A stretch of 64,000 nt of DNA, taken from positions 1 to 64,000 of the forward strand of contig CALSCP010001674.1 of the NCBI GenBank assembly GCA_943704425.1, written 5' to 3'. The notes under the pieces are model-generated. The model did no database searches, was not told where the DNA came from, and was given only the letters and a program-made list of their open reading frames with translations. The stretch comes from Ministeria vibrans ATCC 50519. Lineage: Eukaryota; Protista; Filasterea. Positions within the stretch are counted from its first letter, which is position 1. Each line of letters begins with the position of its first letter. Below, one piece after another: positions 41,201 through 52,135 of this stretch. Both the position numbers and the translations under genes were made by a program.

Positions 41201-44200
41201 CGGTACGCGAGACGACGTCATCCTTGGCAAAGTGATCGCGTGCCACGAGACGGTCGGTGGCCGCCTTGACCGCCTTGACGGCCACCGCGGACGCGTCCAC
41301 CTCCGTTTTGAGTTCGTCGTGGCGTGCACTGAGCACTTCGGCGCCCGCCAGGTCGTCGGCGAGCTCGGCTGTGCCCACACGGTCGTTGAGGTCGCTAATG
41401 GTAGCGCGCGCGTCCTGTTCGTCGGCAAGCAACTTGTTGAGGGCGAGTGAGTCGTCGAGACGCTCGCGGCGGTCGGCGGCCGCCACAAGCAATTCGCGGT
41501 GTGCCTTTGCGATACCCTCCCGCTTCTCATTGAGATGATCACGCTCGCCAGGGTGGTCAGCCATGAGCGTAATGCAGTCGCGTGTGAGTTCCTTGACCTG
41601 CGACTCCAGCGCCGCGATCTCTCGCTCGACATCGTCGTGCTTGCGCTGGAACTCTTCGACCGAGGGCACGTCCTTGCCGCACTCTTGCGAGCGCATGCCC
41701 TGCGTCATCTCCTGCATGGTCTGCACGAGCTTGTCGGCGTCGCCACGGAAGGCACGAGTCTCGGCAATGCTCGTGGTTGACTCGTGGGTGCTGGCAATGT
41801 CGACCTTGAGCGCCGTCCAGCGTGCAATGAGTGTCTCTTCGCGATCGACAATCTCCATGCTCTTGGGGTGGTCGGCCTTGAGAAGGTCGGTGACGGTAGT
41901 GGTGATAGCGTCCATTTGCTTCTCGTGCTTGACAATGTCCGCCTCAAGATCAGCGCCACGCTTCTGAATAACATTGGCAGTGTCCTCGGCGCCGTCGTCG
42001 GCGCCCGCTGCGATAGCCTCCTTCAGGCTGGCGACGGCACCCTCCTTCTCGGCGACAAACGCGTCGAGTTCGTCGGCGTCGCGCACAAAGTCGAACATGC
42101 TCAGCGACTGGTCGAGCTTGGTCTTGCGGACGGCCGCCTGCTTTTGCAGCAGCGAAAACTGTGTCTGGAGTGCCTTGAGCTGCGAGTCAAATGTGTCGGG
42201 GACGGCGCTGGCGTCCTCATTGAGCTTGCCCATGACCGACGCATAGTTGTCGACATCGACAATGACAGCCTCGTGGCCAGCAATGAGGGCGTCGGCGCTG
42301 TCGGCGTCGGTGCCGAGATCCTCGCGGTTCGCAAGCGCCAGCTGTTGCTTCACCCACGACTCGGCATCACTGAGATCGGCAGCCACCTGGAAGACACGCA
42401 CCGATTGCTCGAGTGCTGTCTTGCGCGTAGCCGAGGTATCGCGCAGCTCCTGAGTGACCGAGGCGAGTTGCGCGGCAGCCTCAGAGGCGGCTGCGGTCTC
42501 GTTGGTGGGCAAAGCGGCGGCACGGGCGGGTAGTTCACCAATGCGCGGCTCGTGCGAGCCCAGTTCGGCGGCGAGTGTCTCGTGCTTCTTGAGCAGCGAC
42601 TGGGCGCTCGTCAGGTCTGTGCCACAACCAGTGTTGGACACGACCAACAACTTATCCTTCACCCAAGCGCTCTCCTCGTTGAGATCGTCGTAAAAGGCAA
42701 ACACTGCCTGTTTCGACTCGAGACTTTGACGTCGTTCCGTCACAGCAGTCTGTAAAAAAAAAATCAAAAATTAATATTGATTGTTAATATTATTAATAAT
42801 AATAATAATTATTATTATTAATTATTTTTATCAATTTATGTATTGTTTATATTTTTCTCCTTCTTTTCTTTACCTTGAGGGCATTAAAGTCGCTGGTAAT
42901 GTCGGCTGCACGAGCAGCAATAGTCTTCGCGTCGGGATGGTTTTCCTTGGCAAAAGAGTCGGCGTCAGCCGTGAGAGCCTGCGTGAGGTCACTGCAACGA
43001 GCAACTTCGGCGTCGATGAGAGCGAGATCCTCAAGGGCACCCTGGACACTGGCCAGGTCGTCGGTGGCGGGTTCAATCATGACGTCGTCGTGGGCGTCGG
43101 CAACCGACTTGGACGCGAGGTTTGCGCTACGATGGAAACGCTGGACGTGGAACACCGCCTCGAGATGATCGCCGCGCGCCTCGAGCGCCTGCTTAAGATC
43201 CGACCACTGCTCACGGATGGACTCAGCCTTGGCCAGGACCACGCCGTCTTCGTCGCGGTAGGAGCCCTCGTTGAGTTTGTCGGCGACCGCGATGAGGTTC
43301 TCTACGCGGTCCTTGTGGGTGAGCACGTCGGACTCGGTGGCACGCAACTTGCGCACGTTGGCCTCGGCGGAGGCGTAGTCGGTGGCGGCCGCAGCGTCGT
43401 CGGCGGCCGCAGCGGCAAGCGCCGCGTTGGTCTCGTCGAACCACTTAAGACGCGTGTCAGCCTTGCGCTTAAACTTGGTGGCGAGCTGCTCGAGCTCTTG
43501 AAGACGATGAAGTTCCTTGCGCACATGCGCCTCGTAGCCCTTTTCCTGCTCCTCGAGGGCACCCCAAGCGTCGTTGATGTCGCTCAAAAGCATGCCGCTG
43601 GGAGGCGACCAGACATCACGCTTGGCCGTTGCGAGTTTGGTTTGAAGAGTAAAGAGGTGCGCCTCAAGGTCGCCCTTCATGATGGACTTGGGCGGCTTCT
43701 CCTGCGAACGGTACGTCTTGAAGTCGGCCGCAATCTTCTCGACCTCGCCAAAGCTGTTGGGCAGGTCGCGGTCACTCATGGCAACATGCTTGACCTTGAT
43801 CCAGCGCAATAGCTCAGTGACGCGCGCCTGGTAGTCGCCCTTCATGCGGTCCATCTCGTCCATAAAGTCAAGCACCTTGCCGACACGACGGCCCGCCACG
43901 TCCTCCGTCTGTGCCTGCGAGAAGTAGTGATAGTACGCCGCAACGTACGTCATGACAGCACGGTCGTCAGGTCGCTCCACTCCGGCAATGTCGTCCACGT
44001 CCAAAAGGCGCGCAATGCCCAAGTCCTAGTAATAATAATAGTATAAAAAAACGTCGCTATTGTTTTTTTGTGTTTGTGTGGGAGTTGTTTTGCGTACGTC
44101 TTGGGCGACACGAAAGGCGTTCTCGAGGGCCTCTTCGGGGGTCATCTTTTCGACCTCCTTCCAGTTGATGAGGTCGGGGCGATGCTTGTGAATGATGGCG

Positions 44201-45559
44201 TTAAAGGCGAGACCTGACTTCCATGACTTGGAGAAGTCTTGCACGTTGACATCGTCGTAGTTGGCTGTCTTGCGCTGGCACCACAGCAGCAATGCTTCCT
44301 TGGCGGACAGGGCGTCCACAGAAATATCCTAGAATTGCAGGAATAATAATAATAATAATTATTAATAATTAATATTAGCGTCATTATTATTATTATAATG
44401 TTTATAATAATTATAATAATTTTTTGTTTTCTTGATACTCACTTGGATTTGGAAACGGAGAATGACAGTCCAGAGGAGACCCAACATAAGTTTGTGGTTT
44501 CCATCGACAATGTCCTCGGCACTGATGTTCTCAAGATGAACCTGAAGACAAGGATTATATGTGTTAAGACAAAAGTGCCGTGTTATGATCATATCATGTT
44601 GCAGTGTGTACCTTTGATTCGACAAACGAGAGAACCTTGCGCACATTTCCAATCTGAAGAATAGAAGAAAGGAGGGCAGTGCAGGGTCAACACGAGGCGT
44701 CTGCGTCTGCGGATGTGTGGTTTCGCCACAAGCGCAGTCCGTCTTTGCTTACCTTGTGCACTCGCATCTTTCCGCGCTCAGGCTTGCCGGGTGACTCGCC
44801 CGAGATGGCAGAGAGAAGCGTCAAAAGCTTGGTTCCATCCTGAAAGTGCAGAATATGAACACGGATGAGCAGCAATGACAAAAAAGACGAAAGTAAAGAT
44901 GACAAAAAAAAAAAAAAAAAAAAAAACAAGCGGTTCAGCTGAAGACAAATCGGGATGTAATGGGCAGGGTGTGCTCGAGGAGACGACGGCAGGTGTGTGG
45001 GGCGTGCGTCGGGGTGCGCTTTGGGAGTGGAACGAGACGCTGATGGGTTGAAAATGCGGTCGGGCAAACAATAGGGAGTTTGTTCGTGACGAATGGAACA
45101 CAAAAAAACGGAGGAAAGAGAGAGAATCGAACAGAACTACACTCGGAGGAGACTCAGATGAACGCACGGCAGCTGCACAGTCGCGCTGGAGCAGTCACAG
45201 TCGTCTGCGCTACTTTTTTTTGCTTTCTTCTTTTTTTTTTTTTTTTTTCTTNNNNNNNNNNAAAAAAAAAGAGAGAGAGTTAGAGAGAGAGAGAGAAGAC
45301 AAAGCAACACAATGCACAAATGACAATAAAAAAAGGGAAGGGTAGCGACCGACACGTCAACCCCGTACCGATCGCGTCCATAGCTGGGAGGGGCCCGTCG
45401 AGGGTAGTCGTCGTCGCGACGCGGAGGCCAGTCAGCGGGCGGAGACCGTTCACTGCGAAACTTTTCCCGTCGTCCGCCTGCAGGGGCGTCTTCGTCGGCA
45501 GCATCGACGCGTGATCCACGTCCTTCGTCTTCAGAGTCACTTGCGTTTGATCCAGGCAT
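32265..45559 (-). CDS. Giant single-chain spectrin: CH1-CH2 actin-binding domain, ~28 spectrin repeats, EF hands, ~660-aa E/K/R/A-rich tail
   Basis: Small exons 44840-44098 encode CH motifs ([11 protein letters not shown]|IGNV..., [33 protein letters not shown]|[35 protein letters not shown]). Exon ~44024-42873 splices in phase 0 (FNALK|TAVTE) to a ~10.5-kb exon with ~106-aa repeats and EF hands ([14 protein letters not shown]). Linkage of exon 1 (45559) across the N gap is uncertain. Confidence 0.9.
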
Positions 45560-45664
45560 TCCAATTGTGTAATTAAAAAAAATTGACCGATTCGAACATT
45601 TCTAATTCTGATCTCTCTTTTTGATTTTTTTTGAGTCGACTCACTGACTACCTAGCGATCGCTG

Positions 45665-45700
<36 letters not shown>

Positions 45701-45745
45701 TCACACACACTGCTGTACTTGTTCTTACATCTCGGATAAGTAGCC

Positions 45746-46978
45746 ATGCCTCGCGTGCTGTACGTCAGCCTTGAATTTGTCGAGCCCATCTTCAGTGGAA
45801 ATGGGGTTCTCAGTCGCTCGCACGTCCGAGGCCTGCTTGCCTGTGGCTGGCACGTGTGTGTCCTGACGGGCGGAGATGCCAATGGACATGGGTCGTGCGA
45901 TGCAGCGGTGCGCACCGGAGCAGACGGGGATGTGTTGGAGGCGACGCACAAGTTGTCGGGACACATTGTGCCGCTGTCTGTCTGGCGAAGGACCGATCGC
46001 GCCGCTGCTTACCGTGAGTTTGAAGCAGGCTCGAGAGTGCTGCGTCAGCAGATTGTTGATACTTTTGCGCCCGATGTGGTTGTGGCGGTGGACTGGACTG
46101 GACACCTGGCGACCAGAGCCCTCGCTCTGGCTTCATCCGTTCCCGTCGTCTTTGCCAACTACTGCGTCTATGCCCTTGCTGCAGGCTGCTCCGACAACGA
46201 CCGAGCATTCTATGTGGAGCACGAGACGGCCGCAATGCGCTCGGCCAGGCTCGTCCTGCCTCTGTGTCCTGCCGATGCCCAATCGTTATGTCGTCTCGCC
46301 CACATCGACTACCCCCAACCCAATATCATTCCACTCTTACCGCCGCTGCGTCGCGACATTGCCACAGTGGCGCAATCCATGCTAATAGGCGACGACGATG
46401 ACGACGACACGACTCGACAGTACCTCACTTGCTGCGTTCGTCTCCACCCTCAAAAGCAAAGTGATGTCTTTGTGCGCCTCATCGAGGACCTCGTCGCACG
46501 CGGCGCCTTCGATGCGCTTGGTGTCACCCCATTGCTGTGTGGTGCAGCTGCCGACGCTGCCTACGCCGAGTCCATGCGCACCCGTCTAGCGGCAGTGTGT
46601 CCCAACGCTCGCATCATCCGCGACTTTCTCACTCCCGAGGCGCTCGCACAAGTCCTTCGCCAGACTCTTTTGAACATCCATCCAAACAGCTACGAAGCGT
46701 ATGGCATGACCATGGTCGAGGCGGCTGCCTGTGGCGCACCCACTCTGGTGGATGCCAGTGGACAGATTGGCGGTGCGGAGCTGTTGCGTCCCGCACACGA
46801 CGAGATCTTTGCGCGCGCCTATGAATCACCTGAAGCGATCGCCAATGCGGTCACAGCACTGCTAGCCGATCGCAAGGAGTTGAGACGCGTTGCGCGCAAA
46901 GCACAGGCTCGCGCCTTGTCGTACAGCGAAGACGATGTTGGGCGAAAGCTCTCGGAGCATCTCTTTAGCGTGCTGTAA
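45746..46978 (+). CDS. GT-B glycosyltransferase, family 4-like, intronless
   Basis: N-terminal RVLYVSLEF..P.FSGNG; VRL..QK; EX7E motif YEAYGMTMVEAAACGAP. Confidence 0.8.
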   Translation: MPRVLYVSLEFVEPIFSGNGVLSRSHVRGLLACGWHVCVLTGGDANGHGSCDAAVRTGADGDVLEATHKLSGHIVPLSVWRRTDRAAAYREFEAGSRVLRQQIVDTFAPDVVVAVDWTGHLATRALALASSVPVVFANYCVYALAAGCSDNDRAFYVEHETAAMRSARLVLPLCPADAQSLCRLAHIDYPQPNIIPLLPPLRRDIATVAQSMLIGDDDDDDTTRQYLTCCVRLHPQKQSDVFVRLIEDLVARGAFDALGVTPLLCGAAADAAYAESMRTRLAAVCPNARIIRDFLTPEALAQVLRQTLLNIHPNSYEAYGMTMVEAAACGAPTLVDASGQIGGAELLRPAHDEIFARAYESPEAIANAVTALLADRKELRRVARKAQARALSYSEDDVGRKLSEHLFSVL

Positions 46979-47212
46979 TGTGATATTCGAATATAATTGA
47001 ATGTATAGTGTATACAAATAAAATATTACAATAAAAGGCATGACCATCATATGACACATCATTAGTGAATAATATCATAAAGTTTACACTTTGAGTCACT
47101 TTCTACTTTCTACTTCGTAATGCTGGTTTGGGACTTTGGGTTTGATTTTTGAGTGAATAATCGTGTGCTAAAAACTGCAAATTTTTATTGATTTTCATCT
47201 TCTCATTTTGGA

Positions 47213-49861
47213 ATGGAACCAGCAACACCTTCTGAGGCACCTCAGTTGTCTCAGAAACGCATCCAACGGCTCGACGAAACCGTCGTCAACCGAATTGCAG
47301 CGGGCGAAGTAGCCACATCAAAACAACCCTCTTCTCTCATTCACACACACTCTCTCTCTCTTGTCTCCCTTTCGCCTTCCTCTTGTTAGGTCATCCAACG
47401 CCCGGCAAATGCACTCAAGGAGCTCATTGAGAACAGCCTGGATGCCGGCTCCACGGTCATCTCAGTCAACGTCAAAGGCGGTGGCATGAAAATGCTCCAG
47501 ATTGTCGACAATGGCCACGGCATTCAGGTAGCGATGCCTCCCCGACACGCCAGCACCCTACTCAGCTGTCCTTTGTGGTGCCACAACACTCTCCTTCTTT
47601 CCTTCGCTCCTTTTGTCGTCGTTTTCGTGTTTCGCGCGCGTTTTCAGCTCTCTCTCTCTCCTCTCTCTCTCCCTCTCCTCTCATGCGTCGATCCTCTCCT
47701 CTAGCGCGACGACATGGGCATTGTGTGCGAACGATTTACAACGAGCAAGCTGCAAAACTTCGACGATTTGCGCAGTATCAACACTTTTGGGTTTCGTGGC
47801 GAAGCACTTGCCAGTATCAGCCATGTCGCCCATGTCACCATTGTGACGCGCACCGAGGGGTCCCCCTGCGCCTACAAGTAAGCGGAGAGAGAATTTGGGG
47901 GAGGGGGAGAGTGGGGCGTTTTAACACATCTTTTAAGAGCACACTATGCGGATGGCAAACTTGTGGCAGGACCCAACCGACAAAATGCCGAGCCGTATCC
48001 TTGCGCAGGAGTTCAAGGCACCATTATCACGGCCGAGGACCTTTTCTTTAATGTGGCCACACGTCGCAAGGCGCTCAAGAGCGCTGCCGACGAGTACTCA
48101 CGCATCGCCGAGGTGGTCACACGCTATGCCATTCACAATGCAGGCGTTGCTTTCTCCCTGAAGAAGGCAAGTAACATCAATCATTTCCGTCAAACACATC
48201 AAATCTAATGTGAATGTTTTGCATGTGGTAGGTGGGCGAAAAGAGCACAGGCGAGGTGCGCACGGTAACGGGTGCGTCGCGTGAGGACAACATTCGCGTG
48301 GTGTTCGGTCCGGCCGTCGCACGCGAACTTCTCAAGGTGTCGGCCGAGGAGACACGCGGGGCGCCCTTTCGTATGGACGGACTCATTACTAATGCCAACT
48401 ACAGCGTTAAAAAGGGCATTTATCTTTTCTTCATCAACCGTAAGTGGGGTTTGTTTATTTTTGTTTTCATGTGTGCAGTAACATTGCCACTTAGACCGAC
48501 TTGTGGACTGCGTGTCACTTCGCAAAGCACTTGAGTCTGTTTATGCGCCCTACTTGCCCAAAACTGGCTTTCCCTTTGTGTATATGAGCTTGGAAATGGA
48601 TGGGAACAACGTCGATGTGAACGTGCATCCGACCAAGAAAGAGGTCAGAGAGGGAGGGAGAAAATGATCATTATTCTTGCTAATTTTTTTCTATTTTTTT
48701 TTCTTTGTACAGGTGCACTTTATGTATGAGGATACGATTGTAGAGAGCATTCAAAAGGCCGTTGAGGCTGCGCTGTTGGGCAGCAATGCGTCACGCACGT
48801 ACTTTACACAAAGTCTGTTGCCGGGTGCCACTACGCCCGGTGTGGCCAGTGCTGCAGCTGCAGCTGCGTCCGCCGATGGTAACGATGAGAAGAAGCCCTT
48901 GCGTGAGGACTCTAGTGCTCGGAAGGGCAAGGAGCCGACGGTGTACGAGAATCGCATGGTGCGCACCGACTCTAAGGCACGCACACTCGAGTCATTCTTG
49001 CAGGTGGTGCAACGTGCCAAGTCGACTACGAGTGCGCCTCCCAACGAAAGTGATGCGATGGAGATGGTGACGACGACAAACCTCGTTGATGAGAATAGCA
49101 CCACTATCGTCACCACCACGGATACAGGCGCAGGCACCACGACAGTCCGAGAGCGAAAGGCGCCAGAAAAGGAATGCTCGGATGCGTCGGAAGATTTGGA
49201 GTTTGCTGCTGGAGTGGCTCTTGACTTGGTGGAGGTGCCTCCTGTGCCAGCGTCTGTGCCATCTACGGAGAAGCCGTCACCCGAAATGACCAAGACCAAG
49301 GCGACACCCGTCAAAGAGCCTGTTCAAAGCACTCTCGAGGGTGTGCTACAGAAGAGGAAGGCAATCGATGTCGAAGAAGATGACGATGAAATGGAAGGAG
49401 ATGGACCGACGAGCAAACGAACGCGCACCCTAGATGCACCACCACCACCCACCACAACCACCACCAATACTGCCACTACATCCACCACTGTCAAAGCAGG
49501 TCGACCTCGTCGCAAAGTTCTCCTGGAGAGCATTCTTCAATTGCGCGCCGAAGCAAAAAGTGCTGAACACTCTGGTAAGTCGAGCCCAAAAGGAAGGTTC
49601 TAATTTTTGTTGAATTTTTTGATTTGTTTTTGGTAGGTCTTCGCGCAATGTTTGCGGGACACACATTTGTTGGGTGTGTCAACGAGTCACAAGCGCTAAT
49701 GCAGTACTCAACTGATCTCTATCTGGTCAATGTGACAAAACTCAGGTAGAGGACGAGAGAAAGAGGGAGAGAAAAACAAAGTGATAGAGAGAGAAACAAA
49801 GAAAAACAAATTAATAGTAATAATTATTAATAATAATAATTATTATTATTAATAATTTATG

Positions 49862-49921
<60 letters not shown>

Positions 49922-51045
49922 GTAATAATAATAGTAATAACAATAGTAATAATAATAATAATAGTAATATAATAATAATAATAATAATAAAAATAGCAGC
50001 AACAGCAATAGTAGTAATAATAATAATAATAATTATTATTATTATAATAATTAATTTAATAATAATAATTAAAATAATAATAAATTATTTTTCTACTTTC
50101 TCTCGATCCGCTATTGATTTCTATTAATTCTTATTTTTATTAATATTTGTAGTAAGGAAATGTTCACGCAACTAGTGTACCACGACTTCTGCAACTTTGG
50201 ACGGATTAGCATTGAACCGGCCGCGTCGGTGCATGAGCTGCTGCTGATTGCACTCGACGACCCCACCATCGTGTGCAGTGTTGATACGGAAGTGCCAAAG
50301 GAGGACATTGCGAAGGCAAGTCAAATACAAAGGGAACCTAGCTACACACTACACATTTCTTATTCTTTTCCTTTTGTTTAGTACCTCTCTGAATTGCTCG
50401 TGAGCAAAAGTTCAATGCTGTCCGACTACTTTTCCATTGACATTGATGAGACTGAGGGCACCCTCTCGTCATTGCCTGTCCTTCTCACTGACTATGTGCC
50501 CGACTTGGACCGTCTTCCTCATTTCATTCTGAGACTCGCCCGAAACGTAACACACTCTACTGTTCTGCAAGAGATCACAGTTGAACAGGAGTTTAATGTC
50601 TGTCTATTAAAAACAGGTGGACTGGGAAGAGGAAAAGGGCTGTTTCAAAGGCATTGCGCGCGAATTGGGCGTTTTCTACTCTATGCGACCCTCTCTGTTC
50701 ACCCCCGAAATGATCAACAACACGAACGAAGTACACTGCATTGCATTTGTTCTCCATGCACAAAGGCTCATGCGCGCTCACACTTTCTCATAGGTTGTAC
50801 CCGTGGTCGAGGTGGCTGATGGGACCTCCGACACCCATGTTCCTCCCACTGTGCCCATCAGTGGCGCCGGCTCTGTCTCCACCTCTGCGTCGTCCCTTGC
50901 CACTTGGAAATGGACCGTTGAGCACCTGATCTTCCGTGCCTTCCGCTCGCCTCTCTTCTCGCCCCCCGCTCGTTTCGCCAATGATCGCTCTGTCCTTCAG
51001 ATTGCCAGTCTACCCGAACTCTACAAAGTCTTTGAGCGCTGCTGA
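47213..51045 (+). CDS. MLH1: DNA mismatch repair protein MLH1, multi-exon
   Basis: VVNRIAAGE|[63 protein letters not shown], terminal LYKVFERC*. Confidence 0.97.
49861..49990. repeat. (AAT)n-type microsatellite in an MLH1 intron
   Basis: Seen directly. Confidence 0.9.
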
Positions 51046-51126
51046 TGCAACCTCACACTGCAATTTTATCTCTCCTTGTTTACTATAATACAATTTGTAC
51101 ATGTCATCCCGTGCATCTTTTGACGA

Positions 51127-51753
51127 CTATTTGCGCTGCTCAATCAGCTTGCGAATTTGACCCCGCATCTCCGTCACATTGGCTGGTGTCACATTGGACA
51201 GTGACACGTCGCCAATCGGTACGTCTCCCGACTGGCACAATGCCCGGGTAATGGCCAACACGTAGACGCCGCAATCACGTCCATTTTGCTGGCGGGGTGT
51301 CGCACACAGCTGAAACGTCGACGAGTCCTCCACGCGCAACACTCTGGCAAGCTTCTGATGCACGCGTCGTGCCGCCTCAATGGCATACGAGCCCATAGAG
51401 TCAAAGTAAAAGAAGGCACGGGTCTCAGCCTCGTACGCCAGCAAGGCCCAGTGCGTGCCGCCCGCCGCAGTCGTCGATGAGTGATCGTTGATCGCCAAAA
51501 AAATGCGTTTTTTCGACCTCAACTGCAACGGCTCGAGAATCGCCTCAAGTTCTTCCGCAGACTCCATGAGGCCCATGAGAAAGGTGGTTTCCGGTCCAAC
51601 AAACGCAAGGTTGTCCGTGTAGCGCTCTTGCTCAAAATATTCAAACACAAATGCTATGCACATATCATTGAGCCAATCGCACTCCAGCAGGTCCACGTCG
51701 CGTCGTCTCAGCAACACACTATGGTAACTTAGTACAACATCATTGTCACACAT
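51127..51753 (-). CDS. SENP8: NEDD8-specific protease (SENP8/DEN1, peptidase C48)
   Basis: VLSYH...L...DVDLL...WLND..I.F.FEY; FLAIND...AGGTHWALL; FDS; QQNGRDCGVYV (His/Asp/Cys triad plus oxyanion Gln). Confidence 0.92.
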   Translation of the reverse strand: MCDNDVVLSYHSVLLRRRDVDLLECDWLNDMCIAFVFEYFEQERYTDNLAFVGPETTFLMGLMESAEELEAILEPLQLRSKKRIFLAINDHSSTTAAGGTHWALLAYEAETRAFFYFDSMGSYAIEAARRVHQKLARVLRVEDSSTFQLCATPRQQNGRDCGVYVLAITRALCQSGDVPIGDVSLSNVTPANVTEMRGQIRKLIEQRK

Positions 51754-51817
51754 GTAAATACTATTAATTTTGTCTTGATTTGGTCTCAGTCTGACTATAA
51801 TCAATCACTTTTTCCTA

Positions 51818-52096
51818 ATGTTTCGCCGACCTCGAGCCGACGACGATCTTGATGCTCTTGCGAAAGAGGTTGGCGCACCGATCAGCGTTGATGAATGACA
51901 GGGCGACTCACACACGTGCTTGCGCTCGTCTTTAGTTTATGGACGCCTCGGCAAAGCCAACGTATCGTGCGTCGCCTCGCGTTGTCCTGACCGAACGCCA
52001 GCCTGGCGATGCGCCCACCATTGACGACGCGCCCATGCCACCGCCCGCGAGTGGCAAGCAGTCTCTCTTTGCGCAGCGGCACCAGCGACAGCAGAC

Positions 52097-52135
<39 letters not shown>

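Noticed and set aside
32604-41450. Long plus-strand ORFs (1464 aa, 890 aa) opposite the spectrin
   Set aside because: Antisense shadows of a GC-rich, codon-biased gene; Leu/Arg-rich with no recognisable motifs.
32265-45559. Calling the giant protein dystrophin, a spectraplakin or plain alpha-actinin
   Set aside because: No WW/ZZ, plakin or GAS2 domain seen; the repeats are regular ~106-aa spectrin type; ~28 repeats versus 4 in animal actinin.
49811-50008. Poly-Tyr/Ile ORF and the poly-Asn ORF at 56878-57207
   Set aside because: Translations of (AAT)n microsatellites.
22627-51045. POLH plus MLH1 as a DNA-repair gene cluster
   Set aside because: About 23 kb apart with unrelated genes between; no evidence beyond chance in a compact genome.
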